DNA from: Synergistales bacterium 54_24
GTDB lineage: Bacteria; Synergistota; Synergistia; Synergistales; Thermosynergistaceae
Direction of reading: 5' to 3'
Length of the DNA: 64,000 nt
Assembly: GCA_001508935.1 (NCBI GenBank)
Contig: LGFQ01000001.1
Location: 1,392 to 65,391 of the forward strand
Shown here piece after piece: positions 35,411-44,569 of this stretch. How positions within the stretch are numbered: the first letter of the stretch is position 1; every line of letters begins with the position of its first letter. The notes beneath the pieces are model-generated. The model made no database searches and was not told where the DNA came from. It saw only the letters and a program-made list of their open reading frames with translations. The position numbers and the translations under genes were made by a program.

Positions 35411-36729
35411 AATGGCTCGTCAATGGGAGACTCTTTGACGGCGAGCTCCTGCGTGAAGGCCTGTGCGACCTCGTGATAGATAAAGGGAGAGTGGCAAAGA
35501 TCGCCCCTGCGGGGCGCTTTGTGCCGCCTGAAGCAGCTACGAAGATCGACCTCGATGGCCGCATAATAGCTCCTGGCTTTATAGATTTGCATGCTCACCT
35601 GCGTGATCCAGGACAGGAGTGGAGAGAAGACATAGTCTCTGGGTCGCGTGCCGCTGCGGCGGGCGGCTTTACGACAGTAGTGGCTATGCCGAATACGGAT
35701 CCACCTATAGATCGCTCCTCGCTCGTGCGCTATGTGTTGGAAAGAGGCCAGAGCGCGGGGGCTGCCCGCGTCCTTCCGGCTGGAAGTGTGACCAAAGGGA
35801 GGCGCGGCCAAGAGCTGGCAGAGATGTGGTTTATGGCGAATGAAGGAGCGGCTATCTTTACCGATGACGGCCTTCCTGTTTCGACCGCCCATCTCTTGAG
35901 GACAGCTCTGCTATATGCCGACGATCTCGGCATGGCTATAATGGAACACCCGGAGGAGCTTTCCTTGACGAAGGATGCCCAAGTGAACGATGGCCCATGC
36001 GCAGCGCGGAGCGGACTAAAGGGCGCGCCGAAGTCGGCCGAGCTGATAGCCGTCGAGAGGGGGATCGCCCTGGCAAAGGATACGGGCGCTCATCTTCACC
36101 TGACGCATCTGAGCGCCGAAGAATCCTTGGAGGCGGTGCGGCGGGCTAAGGAGGATGGGATAAACATAACGTGCGACGTCACCCCTCATCACCTCACGCT
36201 CGATGAGTCTTTGATAGAAAAGAGCGGCTACAACTCAGCATACAAGGTGAATCCGCCTCTTCGCAGTGAGCGCGATTTAGAAGCGCTTTGGGAAGGGCTG
36301 GCCGATGGGACCGTCGATGCCATTGCCACCGATCACGCGCCTTATCACTTGGACGAGAAAGACCTTCCGTTCCAAGAGGCTGCCTCTGGCATTGCCTCGC
36401 TGGAATGCGCTGTGGCTGTCGTCTTTGACGCTTGGCTGAAGCGCGGTAAGCCTTTCGGGATCGAGCGCCTATTGCGGCTTTTTACCGCTGGGCCGGCCTC
36501 TGTGCTCCGTAAATCGGATTTGGGAAGGATTGAGGAGGGGAGCGTTGCAGACATTACGGCCTTGGATATCGGCAGAGAGCGCCGAGTGGAGGCAAAACGC
36601 TGGGAGAGCAAGGCGCGCATTACTCCATGGGAGGGTTCTGCGCTTTGCGGGTGGCCCGTCATGACGATGCGTGAAGGTAAGGTGATCTGGGTCGACGGAG
36701 ACGGCGGACTCCATGCAGAGCGAGATTGA
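35407..36729 (+). CDS. pyrC: dihydroorotase
   Basis: 440 aa. PGFIDLHAHLRDPG, VAMPNTDPP, DHAPY. ATGA overlap with pyrB. Confidence 0.93.
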   Translation: MKWLVNGRLFDGELLREGLCDLVIDKGRVAKIAPAGRFVPPEAATKIDLDGRIIAPGFIDLHAHLRDPGQEWREDIVSGSRAAAAGGFTTVVAMPNTDPPIDRSSLVRYVLERGQSAGAARVLPAGSVTKGRRGQELAEMWFMANEGAAIFTDDGLPVSTAHLLRTALLYADDLGMAIMEHPEELSLTKDAQVNDGPCAARSGLKGAPKSAELIAVERGIALAKDTGAHLHLTHLSAEESLEAVRRAKEDGINITCDVTPHHLTLDESLIEKSGYNSAYKVNPPLRSERDLEALWEGLADGTVDAIATDHAPYHLDEKDLPFQEAASGIASLECAVAVVFDAWLKRGKPFGIERLLRLFTAGPASVLRKSDLGRIEEGSVADITALDIGRERRVEAKRWESKARITPWEGSALCGWPVMTMREGKVIWVDGDGGLHAERD

Positions 36730-37492
36730 ATTTTGCGATGAAGGGGCGATTTTGTCGGCGAAAGAGCCCTTGGGGGATGGATTGGCGCACTTGACGTTTC
36801 AGGCGCCGCGCATCGCCAAAGCCGCTCGCCCAGGGCAGTTCGTCATGTTTTATCCCCTATCCGAGGCGCGCTCCCATGATCCACTGTTGGGAAGGCCTAT
36901 GGCTATAGCCGGTGCGAGCGGAGGAGCGGTGGAAATTTGCCTTTCCGTCGCTGGAAGAGGCACAGAGATTATCTATTCCCTTCCGATCGGGGCTCGCTGC
37001 AGGATGCGCGGCCCGTTGGGCTCCGGTTTTTCGGCGCCGCGGGACAAAATTATGCTCGTAGGTGGGGGCATAGGGGTTGCCCCCCTCATCTTCGCTCATG
37101 TCTTTTATGGCGCGTCGGCATCCTCGATGCGCTTCGTGATGGGCATCCCTCATAAAGGGTGGGGATCCTTCGTCAATTGGGTGGGCAGGCGAGTACAAGC
37201 TCTGCATGTGTGGTCTGACGACGGAAGTATCGGCGAAAAGGGGAGCGCGGTGGACGCGGCTTGTGCCCTCTACAGTGGCGAGGAGATATGGACGTGTGGT
37301 CCTGTGACCATGTTGAGATCTCTCGTCCGGCGCATCCCCGACGCTCGCATCTCCGCGAGCCTCGAACGGCGGATGGCCTGTGGTTACGGGGGGTGTCATG
37401 GCTGTGTCGTACCCACCGCAAACGGCCCTAAGCGAGTTTGCCGCGATGGACCGGTCTTTAACGCTGAGGAGGTCCGTTGGGATGAACTCTGA
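36713..37492 (+). CDS. pyrK: dihydroorotate dehydrogenase electron-transfer subunit
   Basis: 259 aa. FAD/NAD ferredoxin-reductase-like fold (RPGQFVMF, GGGIGVAP) and a C-terminal 2Fe-2S motif (CGYGGCHGCVV...C). Confidence 0.88.
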   Translation: MQSEIEFCDEGAILSAKEPLGDGLAHLTFQAPRIAKAARPGQFVMFYPLSEARSHDPLLGRPMAIAGASGGAVEICLSVAGRGTEIIYSLPIGARCRMRGPLGSGFSAPRDKIMLVGGGIGVAPLIFAHVFYGASASSMRFVMGIPHKGWGSFVNWVGRRVQALHVWSDDGSIGEKGSAVDAACALYSGEEIWTCGPVTMLRSLVRRIPDARISASLERRMACGYGGCHGCVVPTANGPKRVCRDGPVFNAEEVRWDEL

Positions 37493-38420
37493 AAGGCCTT
37501 CTCTTCAATGTCGTGTGGGGGGTCTCAATCTCAGATCTCCGATCATAGCGGCTTCGGGGACGTGGCCTCATGACCCGTCGTTTTGGCGCGGTGAGCTGAC
37601 AGCGGGGCTCGGAGCCATCTGCACCAAGGGCATCACGAGAAACAGGCGAGAAGGGAACAGAGGGATTCGCCTGTGGGAGACGCCGTGCGGATTGCTCAAC
37701 AGCATAGGATTACAGAACAGCGGCGTCGAGGCTTTTATTTCGGGCGAGTTACCCGAGATCAGCAGCCGCGACGTGCCGCTCATAGCCAATGTGGCTGTGG
37801 AAGACCTCCCTTCCCTTGCAGAGGTGCTCGCGCTCCTTGCCTCTGTAAAAGATCAGATAGATGCCATTGAACTCAACATATCTTGTCCGAACGTAGATGA
37901 AGGTGGGATCGCTTGGGGGTCCAACCCCGAAAGCACGGCAAAAGCCGTAGCCTGTGCACGCTCCCTTTGGAGCGGCCCGCTTTGGGTCAAGCTTACGCCC
38001 CACGCTTGCGATATCGTCAAGGTGGCCACCAACGCTCAAGAGTGCGGCGCGGACGCTTTGGTGGTCGCCAACACGTGGCTCGGCATGGCCGTAGACGTGG
38101 AGAACGAGATACCGGTCTTTGATAGGGTTGTAGCTGGCCTTTCCGGCCCCGCGGTCTTTCCGTTGGCACTGCGGTTGGTCTGGGAGGTGGCAAGCTGCGT
38201 CTCTATACCTGTGATCGGATGTGGGGGCGTAGCGGAAGCGAGGGATATCGTGGCGATGCTGTTCGCAGGCGCATCTGCAGTGGAGATGGGCACCGCTCTT
38301 TTTTTAGATTTAAATTTACCGGCAAAAATTACACTAATATTAAAAGAATACATGCGACGCCATGACTACGCCTCGATAGAGGAAATGGTCGGAGTTGCAT
38401 CACATACTGGAGGGATGTAA
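37482..38420 (+). CDS. pyrD: dihydroorotate dehydrogenase 1B catalytic subunit
   Basis: The ATG at 37482 follows GAGGAGG and overlaps the pyrK stop. LRSPIIAASGT, IELNISCPN, VKLTP, NT and GGV motifs. Confidence 0.92.
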   Translation: MNSERPSLQCRVGGLNLRSPIIAASGTWPHDPSFWRGELTAGLGAICTKGITRNRREGNRGIRLWETPCGLLNSIGLQNSGVEAFISGELPEISSRDVPLIANVAVEDLPSLAEVLALLASVKDQIDAIELNISCPNVDEGGIAWGSNPESTAKAVACARSLWSGPLWVKLTPHACDIVKVATNAQECGADALVVANTWLGMAVDVENEIPVFDRVVAGLSGPAVFPLALRLVWEVASCVSIPVIGCGGVAEARDIVAMLFAGASAVEMGTALFLDLNLPAKITLILKEYMRRHDYASIEEMVGVASHTGGM

Positions 38421-38421
38421 C

Positions 38422-39135
38422 ATGAAAGACGGGCCATCTTTGATATTGGCTCTGGACTTGAAAAATCTCGACGAAGCGGAGACGTTGCTGTCGCGCGTAG
38501 GGGACATGGTTGGGCATATCAAAGTTGGGCCGCGTCTCCTCCTTTCGGGCGGCCCTCGATGGGTTGCCTCTCTCACCGATAAATGGAAGGTGTTTTTGGA
38601 CTTGAAGCTCCATGACATACCCAACACCGTCAAAGGCGCGGTCGAGGCGTTGTGCGAGATGGGCATTTGGGCCGTAACCATACACATCGCAGGGGGGAGG
38701 GACATGATGAGCTCTGCGATCGAGGCGAGAAGCTCCGGCAACCCCTTATTGTTCGGCGTAACGATTTTGACGAGCCTCGATGGAACCGGGTGGCGCACGG
38801 TTTCCCCGGGATCCCGTATGGATGAATGCCTAAAGGCACGAGCGAGCCTTGCAGCCGATGTGGGGCTCGACGGGATAGTTTGTGCGCCCACAGATCTTCC
38901 TTCGGTGCGAGAGGTTATCGGGAGCCGGTGCGTTACGGTCGTGCCTGGCATAAGGCTCGCCTCTTGCCTCGATGATCAGAGGCGCACGTCGCACCCGTCT
39001 GAAGCCGTGAGGATGGGCGGGGATTTCCTCGTGGTGGGGCGCCCGATACTCGAATCTCCAGATCCGCGGGGCACGATAGATCGGATAAAAGAAGAAATGG
39101 AGGCGGGATGGTGTTGCAGGAAGGCGGATCTATAG
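38422..39135 (+). CDS. pyrF: orotidine 5'-phosphate decarboxylase
   Basis: ATG at 38422 after GGAGGGA. LILALDL, FLDLKLHDIPNTV and VVGRPI. Confidence 0.92.
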   Translation: MKDGPSLILALDLKNLDEAETLLSRVGDMVGHIKVGPRLLLSGGPRWVASLTDKWKVFLDLKLHDIPNTVKGAVEALCEMGIWAVTIHIAGGRDMMSSAIEARSSGNPLLFGVTILTSLDGTGWRTVSPGSRMDECLKARASLAADVGLDGIVCAPTDLPSVREVIGSRCVTVVPGIRLASCLDDQRRTSHPSEAVRMGGDFLVVGRPILESPDPRGTIDRIKEEMEAGWCCRKADL

Positions 39136-39692
39136 AATCCAAGCTGATGACCATGATGAGCGCGAGCGGCGCGCTCTTGGAAGGCCACTTTCTCTTGACC
39201 TCTGGGCTTCATAGCGGCAACTACCTGCAGTGTGCTATGTTATTGCGTTATCCTGAAAATGCAGCGTTCGTAGGTGAGGCGATAGGCCGACAAGTGGCCG
39301 ACTTAAATCCGGAGGTGATCGTTTCGCCAGCCTTGGGAGGCATTATAGTAGGGCATGAAGTGGCGAGGTGGTTGGGGGTGGAGTTTCTGTTCTGCGAGAG
39401 AGAGGATGGTAAGATGAAGCTGAGGCGTTTCCCTCACCCCGGGCGCAAGAGAGCCGTAGTGGTTGAGGACGTCATAACTACCGGCGCTTCCTCCCGCGAG
39501 GTGGGAGAGTATATCGCTCAGGGAGGAGCTGACTGGGTAGGCACGGCCTGTATAGTCGACAGAAGTGGCGGCAAGGCCGGTTTCCCTACGCCGTTCTTCT
39601 CTTTGTGGCGCGTGAGCTTCAAAACGTACGAACGCGACTCGTGCCCTCTTTGCAGAGCTGGCATTCCTCTCGTAAAGCCGGGCAGCCGATAG
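39108..39692 (+). CDS. pyrE: orotate phosphoribosyltransferase
   Basis: GALLEGHFLLTSGLHSGNYLQC and PRPP loop VVVEDVITTGASS. The start is ATG 39108 or ATG 39147. Confidence 0.9.
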   Translation: MVLQEGGSIESKLMTMMSASGALLEGHFLLTSGLHSGNYLQCAMLLRYPENAAFVGEAIGRQVADLNPEVIVSPALGGIIVGHEVARWLGVEFLFCEREDGKMKLRRFPHPGRKRAVVVEDVITTGASSREVGEYIAQGGADWVGTACIVDRSGGKAGFPTPFFSLWRVSFKTYERDSCPLCRAGIPLVKPGSR

Positions 39693-39700
39693 GAAAGTTA

Positions 39701-40477
39701 ATGAAATCAAAAATAATCGCTGTTTTTTTACTTATATTGCTTTGCGCCGCTTCTCCTGTCGGGGCATGGGAGCTCGCAGTTTCTGATCCGTGGCTGGCCG
39801 TAGTCGCGCGTTTCATGGGCGGTACAGCTGTGCAGGTGCGGGCACTTGCCATGTGGGGAGATCAAGGCGAAGTCGTGGCCCTGCGGCAGAAAATCGATCC
39901 CGACACTCCAACTTTGAGACTTGTTTGTGCAAACCCAAAGAAGGGGACAAAGTGCCTTTACAGTGCGCTGCCTATCCCCGGAGAAAAGATAGGATCTCTG
40001 TTTTTTGACCCTGCCTCCCTTCCCTTTATCGGGCAACGCTTGCTCCAGTTGTTGAGCGAGTGGGACCCCGGAAACTACTCTTTATTTCAGAGGAGGCTGG
40101 CTGAGTTTCAATCCCGCCTCGATGGAAATTTGGCCATAGGAAGGGAATTGATCGCAGGACTTCCAATATTAGACCTCACTTTTCTGACAACTCCCTGGTT
40201 GCAGGCGGCTTCGGGCGATCTTCTGCGCCCGCCAGAGGACCACTTTGAGACCTGGGGGCGCGGGGAAGGGATGGAGCTCTTAGAGACATGGCTTTTGAGA
40301 GCGCAAAAGGGAAAGAGAATGGCTGTAGCCGATGTGTGGACTCCTGCTATAGTAAAGGATAGACTTGCTAATTTCACGGGATCGGTCGTCTTTCCTCCTC
40401 CTTCCCTTGATTTGGAGTGGACGCTCTACCTCCACGACCTTTATCTTGCGCTCATATCGGCCGTCGGCCGACCTTAG
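39701..40477 (+). CDS. secreted hypothetical protein (possible degenerate TroA/ZnuA-like fold)
   Basis: The ATG at 39701 gives a signal peptide (MKSKIIAVFLLILLCAASPVGAW). It loosely resembles cluster-9 metal-binding SBPs at both ends, but I cannot find the usual His/Asp metal ligands. No ABC partner genes are adjacent. The 3' end overlaps convergent birA by 4 nt. Confidence 0.5.
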   Translation: MKSKIIAVFLLILLCAASPVGAWELAVSDPWLAVVARFMGGTAVQVRALAMWGDQGEVVALRQKIDPDTPTLRLVCANPKKGTKCLYSALPIPGEKIGSLFFDPASLPFIGQRLLQLLSEWDPGNYSLFQRRLAEFQSRLDGNLAIGRELIAGLPILDLTFLTTPWLQAASGDLLRPPEDHFETWGRGEGMELLETWLLRAQKGKRMAVADVWTPAIVKDRLANFTGSVVFPPPSLDLEWTLYLHDLYLALISAVGRP

Positions 40478-41286
40478 GCGAGTCTCGCCGTGCGCAGGCG
40501 ATATGCTGCTGCGGCTGTTATGCTCAAGTCTCCCTCTGCCGTGGATACAACGAGCGCTCCGTCTGGACCTATGGCTTTTGCAACGCCGCGCAATACCTTT
40601 TGGCCCGATTCTACGACGACCTCCTGACCGAGCGTGCCGCAGCGCCGTTCGTATTCGTGCAGCAACTCCTCTTTTTTCCCTTCATACAACGTCTCTTTTG
40701 TCCAACGATATATCTCTTTTGTTATGGCAGCTATGAGGTCTTCCCTGCAAACTTCGTGCCCGAGGATGTCGCGTAGCGAGGTAGCCCGCTCTCGTATCTC
40801 AGCAGGGAGAAGGCTCGGTAGGATGTCGACGTTGACCCCTATGCCGATTATGGAGTAAATGACCTGTTCTCCGACGGCTGCTGCCTCACCCAAAATGCCG
40901 CACAGTTTTTTTTGGTCGTATAAAATATCGTTCGGCCATTTAACTTGAACCTTTAGGTTGTAGACTTTATCTATTGCTTCTGAAATAGCGACAGCAGCTG
41001 CAAGGCTTAAGAGCTGGGCGTCGCTTAGGAGGATAGGCGGACGCAGTACGATCGACATGTAAACCCCGCCTCTTTTTGGGGAAAACCAACGCCTGCCCAG
41101 CCTTCCGCGCCCATCGCTTTGGCGTTCTGCGAGCACTAACGTCCCCTCAGCAGCTCCGCTTCGTGCGAGCTCTTTGGCTAATTCCTGAGTAGAAGAGAGC
41201 GTTTCTCTGAAAAATACAGGATGGCCGAAAGGGCAGGATTTGAGCGCTTTTTCAACGACTGCGAGGTCTAAATTACGCGTGCTCAA
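40474..41286 (-). CDS. birA: biotin--[acetyl-CoA-carboxylase] ligase (no N-terminal HTH; group I)
   Basis: 270 aa. GRGRLGRRWFSPKRGGVYMSIVL and KWPNDILY motifs. TTG start after GAGAGGAG. Confidence 0.88.
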   Translation of the reverse strand: MSTRNLDLAVVEKALKSCPFGHPVFFRETLSSTQELAKELARSGAAEGTLVLAERQSDGRGRLGRRWFSPKRGGVYMSIVLRPPILLSDAQLLSLAAAVAISEAIDKVYNLKVQVKWPNDILYDQKKLCGILGEAAAVGEQVIYSIIGIGVNVDILPSLLPAEIRERATSLRDILGHEVCREDLIAAITKEIYRWTKETLYEGKKEELLHEYERRCGTLGQEVVVESGQKVLRGVAKAIGPDGALVVSTAEGDLSITAAAAYRLRTARLA

Positions 41287-41366
41287 ATTATGTCGGACTC
41301 CTCTCTATATAGTGCTGTAAATCCCACCGCCAACGAGATAAAAGGCCATCGGTTTTCGGCGATAGC

Positions 41367-41573
41367 ATGGACACTAAAGGAACCAAGCAGGAGGTACGAA
41401 TTGCCGATGACCGAAGCAAAGATAAGCTCTATAATAAACTTCTCTCCCAATATTTGTCGACAGGAAGTGTTTCCGATCCGAAGGGCGTCGTCGACTGGGT
41501 GTCCGATGCAGCCGTTGAGGAGATGAAGGAGCTCGTCGGCGCCGATAGGTGTGAAAAATCGAGAAGGCCTTAA
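41367..41573 (+). CDS. candidate small ORF (68 aa) in the birA-prfB divergent gap
   Basis: This is the only ORF of 60 aa or more in a 400-nt gap. Its second half has a G-rich first codon position, which looks coding. There is no convincing RBS and no family recognised, so the call is very tentative. Confidence 0.2.
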   Translation: MDTKGTKQEVRIADDRSKDKLYNKLLSQYLSTGSVSDPKGVVDWVSDAAVEEMKELVGADRCEKSRRP

Positions 41574-41623
41574 GACCTACGATAACTGATATGGCATGAG
41601 GTGAATAAAACCATCAGCAGCAA

Positions 41624-41632
41624 TGATATAAT
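41624..41632 (+). promoter_or_regulatory. candidate extended -10 promoter element for prfB
   Basis: TGaTATAAT lies about 60 nt upstream of the prfB ATG. The -35 region is poor (AATAAA). Confidence 0.4.
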
Positions 41633-41690
41633 AAATTGCAAATCCTTTTCGGATAGAATCCGAGCAAATCTTTTTGTGGGAGGCTTCGTC

Positions 41691-42804
41691 ATGAATATGT
41701 TACCTGTTTCTACAGCGATGGAAGAACTGCGCTCGGTCTTTTGCGAGCTGCAGGACAGCCTTTGACCCCCTTCAACTTGAAAGTCAGGTCAACGATCTAT
41801 TAACCGAGAGCTCTTCTCCCGAGTTTTGGTCGCGAGCTGACTCCAGCGAGAAGCTAAAAACCTTGTCTCGCATCCAGGAGAAACTCGATCTTTGGAAGAG
41901 GCTGAGCCGTGAATTCGAAGAGGTCGAAGCGCTTGCGGAAATCTTAGAGGAAGAAGAGGATCCGGAGCTGCTGGAGGAGTTTTACTCTCGCGCAGGGGCG
42001 CTGAAAGATGAAATTGAATCGTTTCAGATAAAACTCCTCATGGACGAGGAGCATGACAATTGTAATGCCATATTGAGTATTCATCCTGGAGCTGGGGGGC
42101 TGGATTCTCAGGATTGGGCCAAAATACTTTTGCGCATGTACTTGCGCTGGGCGGAAAAACGCAAGTATGATGTAGAAGTAGCAGAATTGCTCGAGGACGA
42201 AGGGGCTGGCATCAAGTCTGCCACTGTTTTTATTAAGGGCCAGTTCGCATATGGTTATTTAAAGGCGGAACGCGGTATTCATCGCCTGGTGCGCATATCT
42301 CCCTTCGATGCCGCAAAAAGACGACATACGAGCTTCGCCTCCGTTGATGTGCTGCCCGAGCTTCCAGAGGATGCAGATGTCGAAATCCGCCCGGAAGATC
42401 TCAAAATAGATACGTTCAGAGCGAGCGGCGCAGGCGGGCAGTACGTGAACATGACGGACTCGGCAGTGCGCATAACCCACTTGCCTACAGGTTTGGTGGT
42501 GAGTTGTCAAAAAGAGCGTTCACAGCACATGAATAGGCAAGTGGCGATGAAGATCTTGAGGGCGCACCTCTACGAACTTCGCCTTCAAGAACGGCAAGCA
42601 GAGTTGGAGGCGATTCAGGGCGAGAAAAAGGAGATAGGTTGGGGCAACCAGATCCGCTCTTATGTTTTGCATCCTTATACATTAGTGAAAGACCATCGCA
42701 CCGGCTTGGAGATGGGTAATGTGGCTGCTGTTCTCGATGGGGAAATAGATCCCTTTATCGTGGCTTTCCTGAAAAACCGTAAAGTTAATACTATGAATAG
42801 GTGA
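41691..42804 (+). CDS. prfB: peptide chain release factor 2 (requires programmed +1 frameshift)
   Basis: Frame 0 runs from ATG 41691 for 24 codons to CTT TGA C (41760-41766). The +1 frame continues DPLQLESQVNDLL... into track ORF 41863-42804. SPF (RISPFDA) and GGQ (SGAGGQYVN) motifs are present. Joined length is about 370 aa. Confidence 0.93.
41757..41766 (+). other. RF2 autoregulatory +1 frameshift site
   Basis: AGC CTT TGA C is the canonical CUU UGA C slippery/stop context, with a weak SD-like AGGA a few nt upstream. Confidence 0.85.
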
Positions 42805-44552
42805 TGAAGATTGCTATGTGTAAGACATTTAGGGCGTTAATCCTTATCTTTTTTTACTTTGCTATCGTATGCACAGCAATGGAAGGGAGTCCCCTTGTTC
42901 CCGCGATGCCCGTCCTTCCTATAAACGAGGTAAGGCCAGGTATGAAGGGAGAGGTTCGTACTGTCGTGAAAGGGATCGAAGTGATCTCCTTCCCGGCGGA
43001 AGTGCTCAGCGTAGTTCCCCAATCTGGCCATCCGAAACAGCTCATCTTGATTCGAACGAGCGGCCCTCTGGTGGAACGAATTGGGGGGATCGCCGCCGGA
43101 ATGAGCGGCAGTCCATTTTTTATCAATGGCAAGCTCGTGGGTGCTATAGGATATGGCTGGGAGTTCAGCGATCATCGGCTTGGCCTCGTTACGCCGATAG
43201 AAGAGATGGCCTCCGTATTGGATTGGCCCGAAGTCGTCCCGCCATTTAGCCCTCCTTTGCCGCCCCAGCAAAAACGGTTGCCTGAGGAATCCATCTCGGA
43301 GGTAGGCACCAAGATGGCTCCGCTGGTGACTTCGGGCATAAGCGCGAGAGGAGCACGACTAATCGGTGACTCGCTCAACTTAGATGCGATCTCCTTGCCT
43401 TCTACGAGCGAAGGAGGCTTGCCTGTAGAATATAAGGCTTCTCTTAAACCAGGCGACTCGGTCGGGGCGCTTTTGGCCTGGGGGGATATAACAGTAGGAG
43501 CTACCGGCACATTGACGGCGGTCGGCAAGGATGGGCGCTTCGTGGCCTTTGCCCACCCCTTTTTAAACCGCGGCTCTGTGGCGTATCCCTTGAGCCGTTC
43601 CTGGGTGCATGAAGTTATACCCAGCGTGCGCAGCCCCTTCAAGCTCGGCACCCCTATCAGCATAGTAGGCATGATTACACAAGACCGCCCTCAAGGCATA
43701 GGTGGGAGGTTGGGGTCTTTCCCTCCAGCAGTTGAGGTTTCCCTGCGCTTTCGCGACCAAGACACCGGCGCCGAAGTCGCCAAACGGTTCCAGATGGTTT
43801 ACGACCCCTTCCTGATCAGTGAAGTGACCCCCGGTGCCGTAATGGGGTTATTGGATGACCTATGGGGACGGCTGGGCGAAGGCACGATTCAATTTACCTT
43901 CACCGTGGAGGGGGGCGGCTTCCCGGGGAGGTTCAGCATGAGGAATGTTTTCTTTTCTGATAAAGACACAGCCCAAACCTTGGCAAAGGAGATCAAAAGC
44001 CTCGTATCCATATTTGCCCTGAACCGGTTTCAGGAGGTTCGCCCCCTCGGCTTTCATCTCGATGTCGAGGTGACAAGACTTCCCAAGATCCTGTACATCG
44101 AGAATTTAGAGGTAGAAAAGCGGAGCGTTAAACCCGGCGACGAGATTCCCATTAAGGTGACATTGAGGCCCTATCGCGGCGAGGCTCAAGTCAGGAATTT
44201 TTCGCTTCGCGTGCCCGAGGGGACGAGCGGGAGGTGCGAAGTGGTGGTGAGGGGGGGAGGCATAGCCGAGCCGGAGCAGAGATCTCTTTATGAGGGATGG
44301 CGATCCATAAGCAGCATGGCCCAACTTCTCAAGGAACTCGAAGCCAAGGAGTCAAACGACCAAATTATAATTGAGCTTTTGAGATATGAAGGAACCGGCA
44401 GAGGAGTGGACTCAGAGATAGAAGAGGAGCCTGAGCTCGTCAGCGAGATGAAGGAGAAACGCATGAAGGAGGGTTCCCTTCGGGTCTTTCGCTCTTCTTA
44501 CTATGTAGAAGGGCTGTTGCGAAAGGTTGTAACGGTAGAAAATGAAGAATAA
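42801..44552 (+). CDS. secreted protein with a SpoIVB/S55-peptidase-like Ser-bearing lobe
   Basis: 583 aa with a signal peptide (FRALILIFFYFAIVCTA). Residues ~40-140 (...ERIGGIAAGMSGSPFFINGKLVGAIGYGW...) align with the C-terminal lobe of B. subtilis SpoIVB around its catalytic Ser. The remaining ~440 aa are unassigned. The start overlaps the prfB stop. Confidence 0.65.
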   Translation: MMKIAMCKTFRALILIFFYFAIVCTAMEGSPLVPAMPVLPINEVRPGMKGEVRTVVKGIEVISFPAEVLSVVPQSGHPKQLILIRTSGPLVERIGGIAAGMSGSPFFINGKLVGAIGYGWEFSDHRLGLVTPIEEMASVLDWPEVVPPFSPPLPPQQKRLPEESISEVGTKMAPLVTSGISARGARLIGDSLNLDAISLPSTSEGGLPVEYKASLKPGDSVGALLAWGDITVGATGTLTAVGKDGRFVAFAHPFLNRGSVAYPLSRSWVHEVIPSVRSPFKLGTPISIVGMITQDRPQGIGGRLGSFPPAVEVSLRFRDQDTGAEVAKRFQMVYDPFLISEVTPGAVMGLLDDLWGRLGEGTIQFTFTVEGGGFPGRFSMRNVFFSDKDTAQTLAKEIKSLVSIFALNRFQEVRPLGFHLDVEVTRLPKILYIENLEVEKRSVKPGDEIPIKVTLRPYRGEAQVRNFSLRVPEGTSGRCEVVVRGGGIAEPEQRSLYEGWRSISSMAQLLKELEAKESNDQIIIELLRYEGTGRGVDSEIEEEPELVSEMKEKRMKEGSLRVFRSSYYVEGLLRKVVTVENEE

Positions 44553-44569
44553 CGTTATCGCCGACGGCA

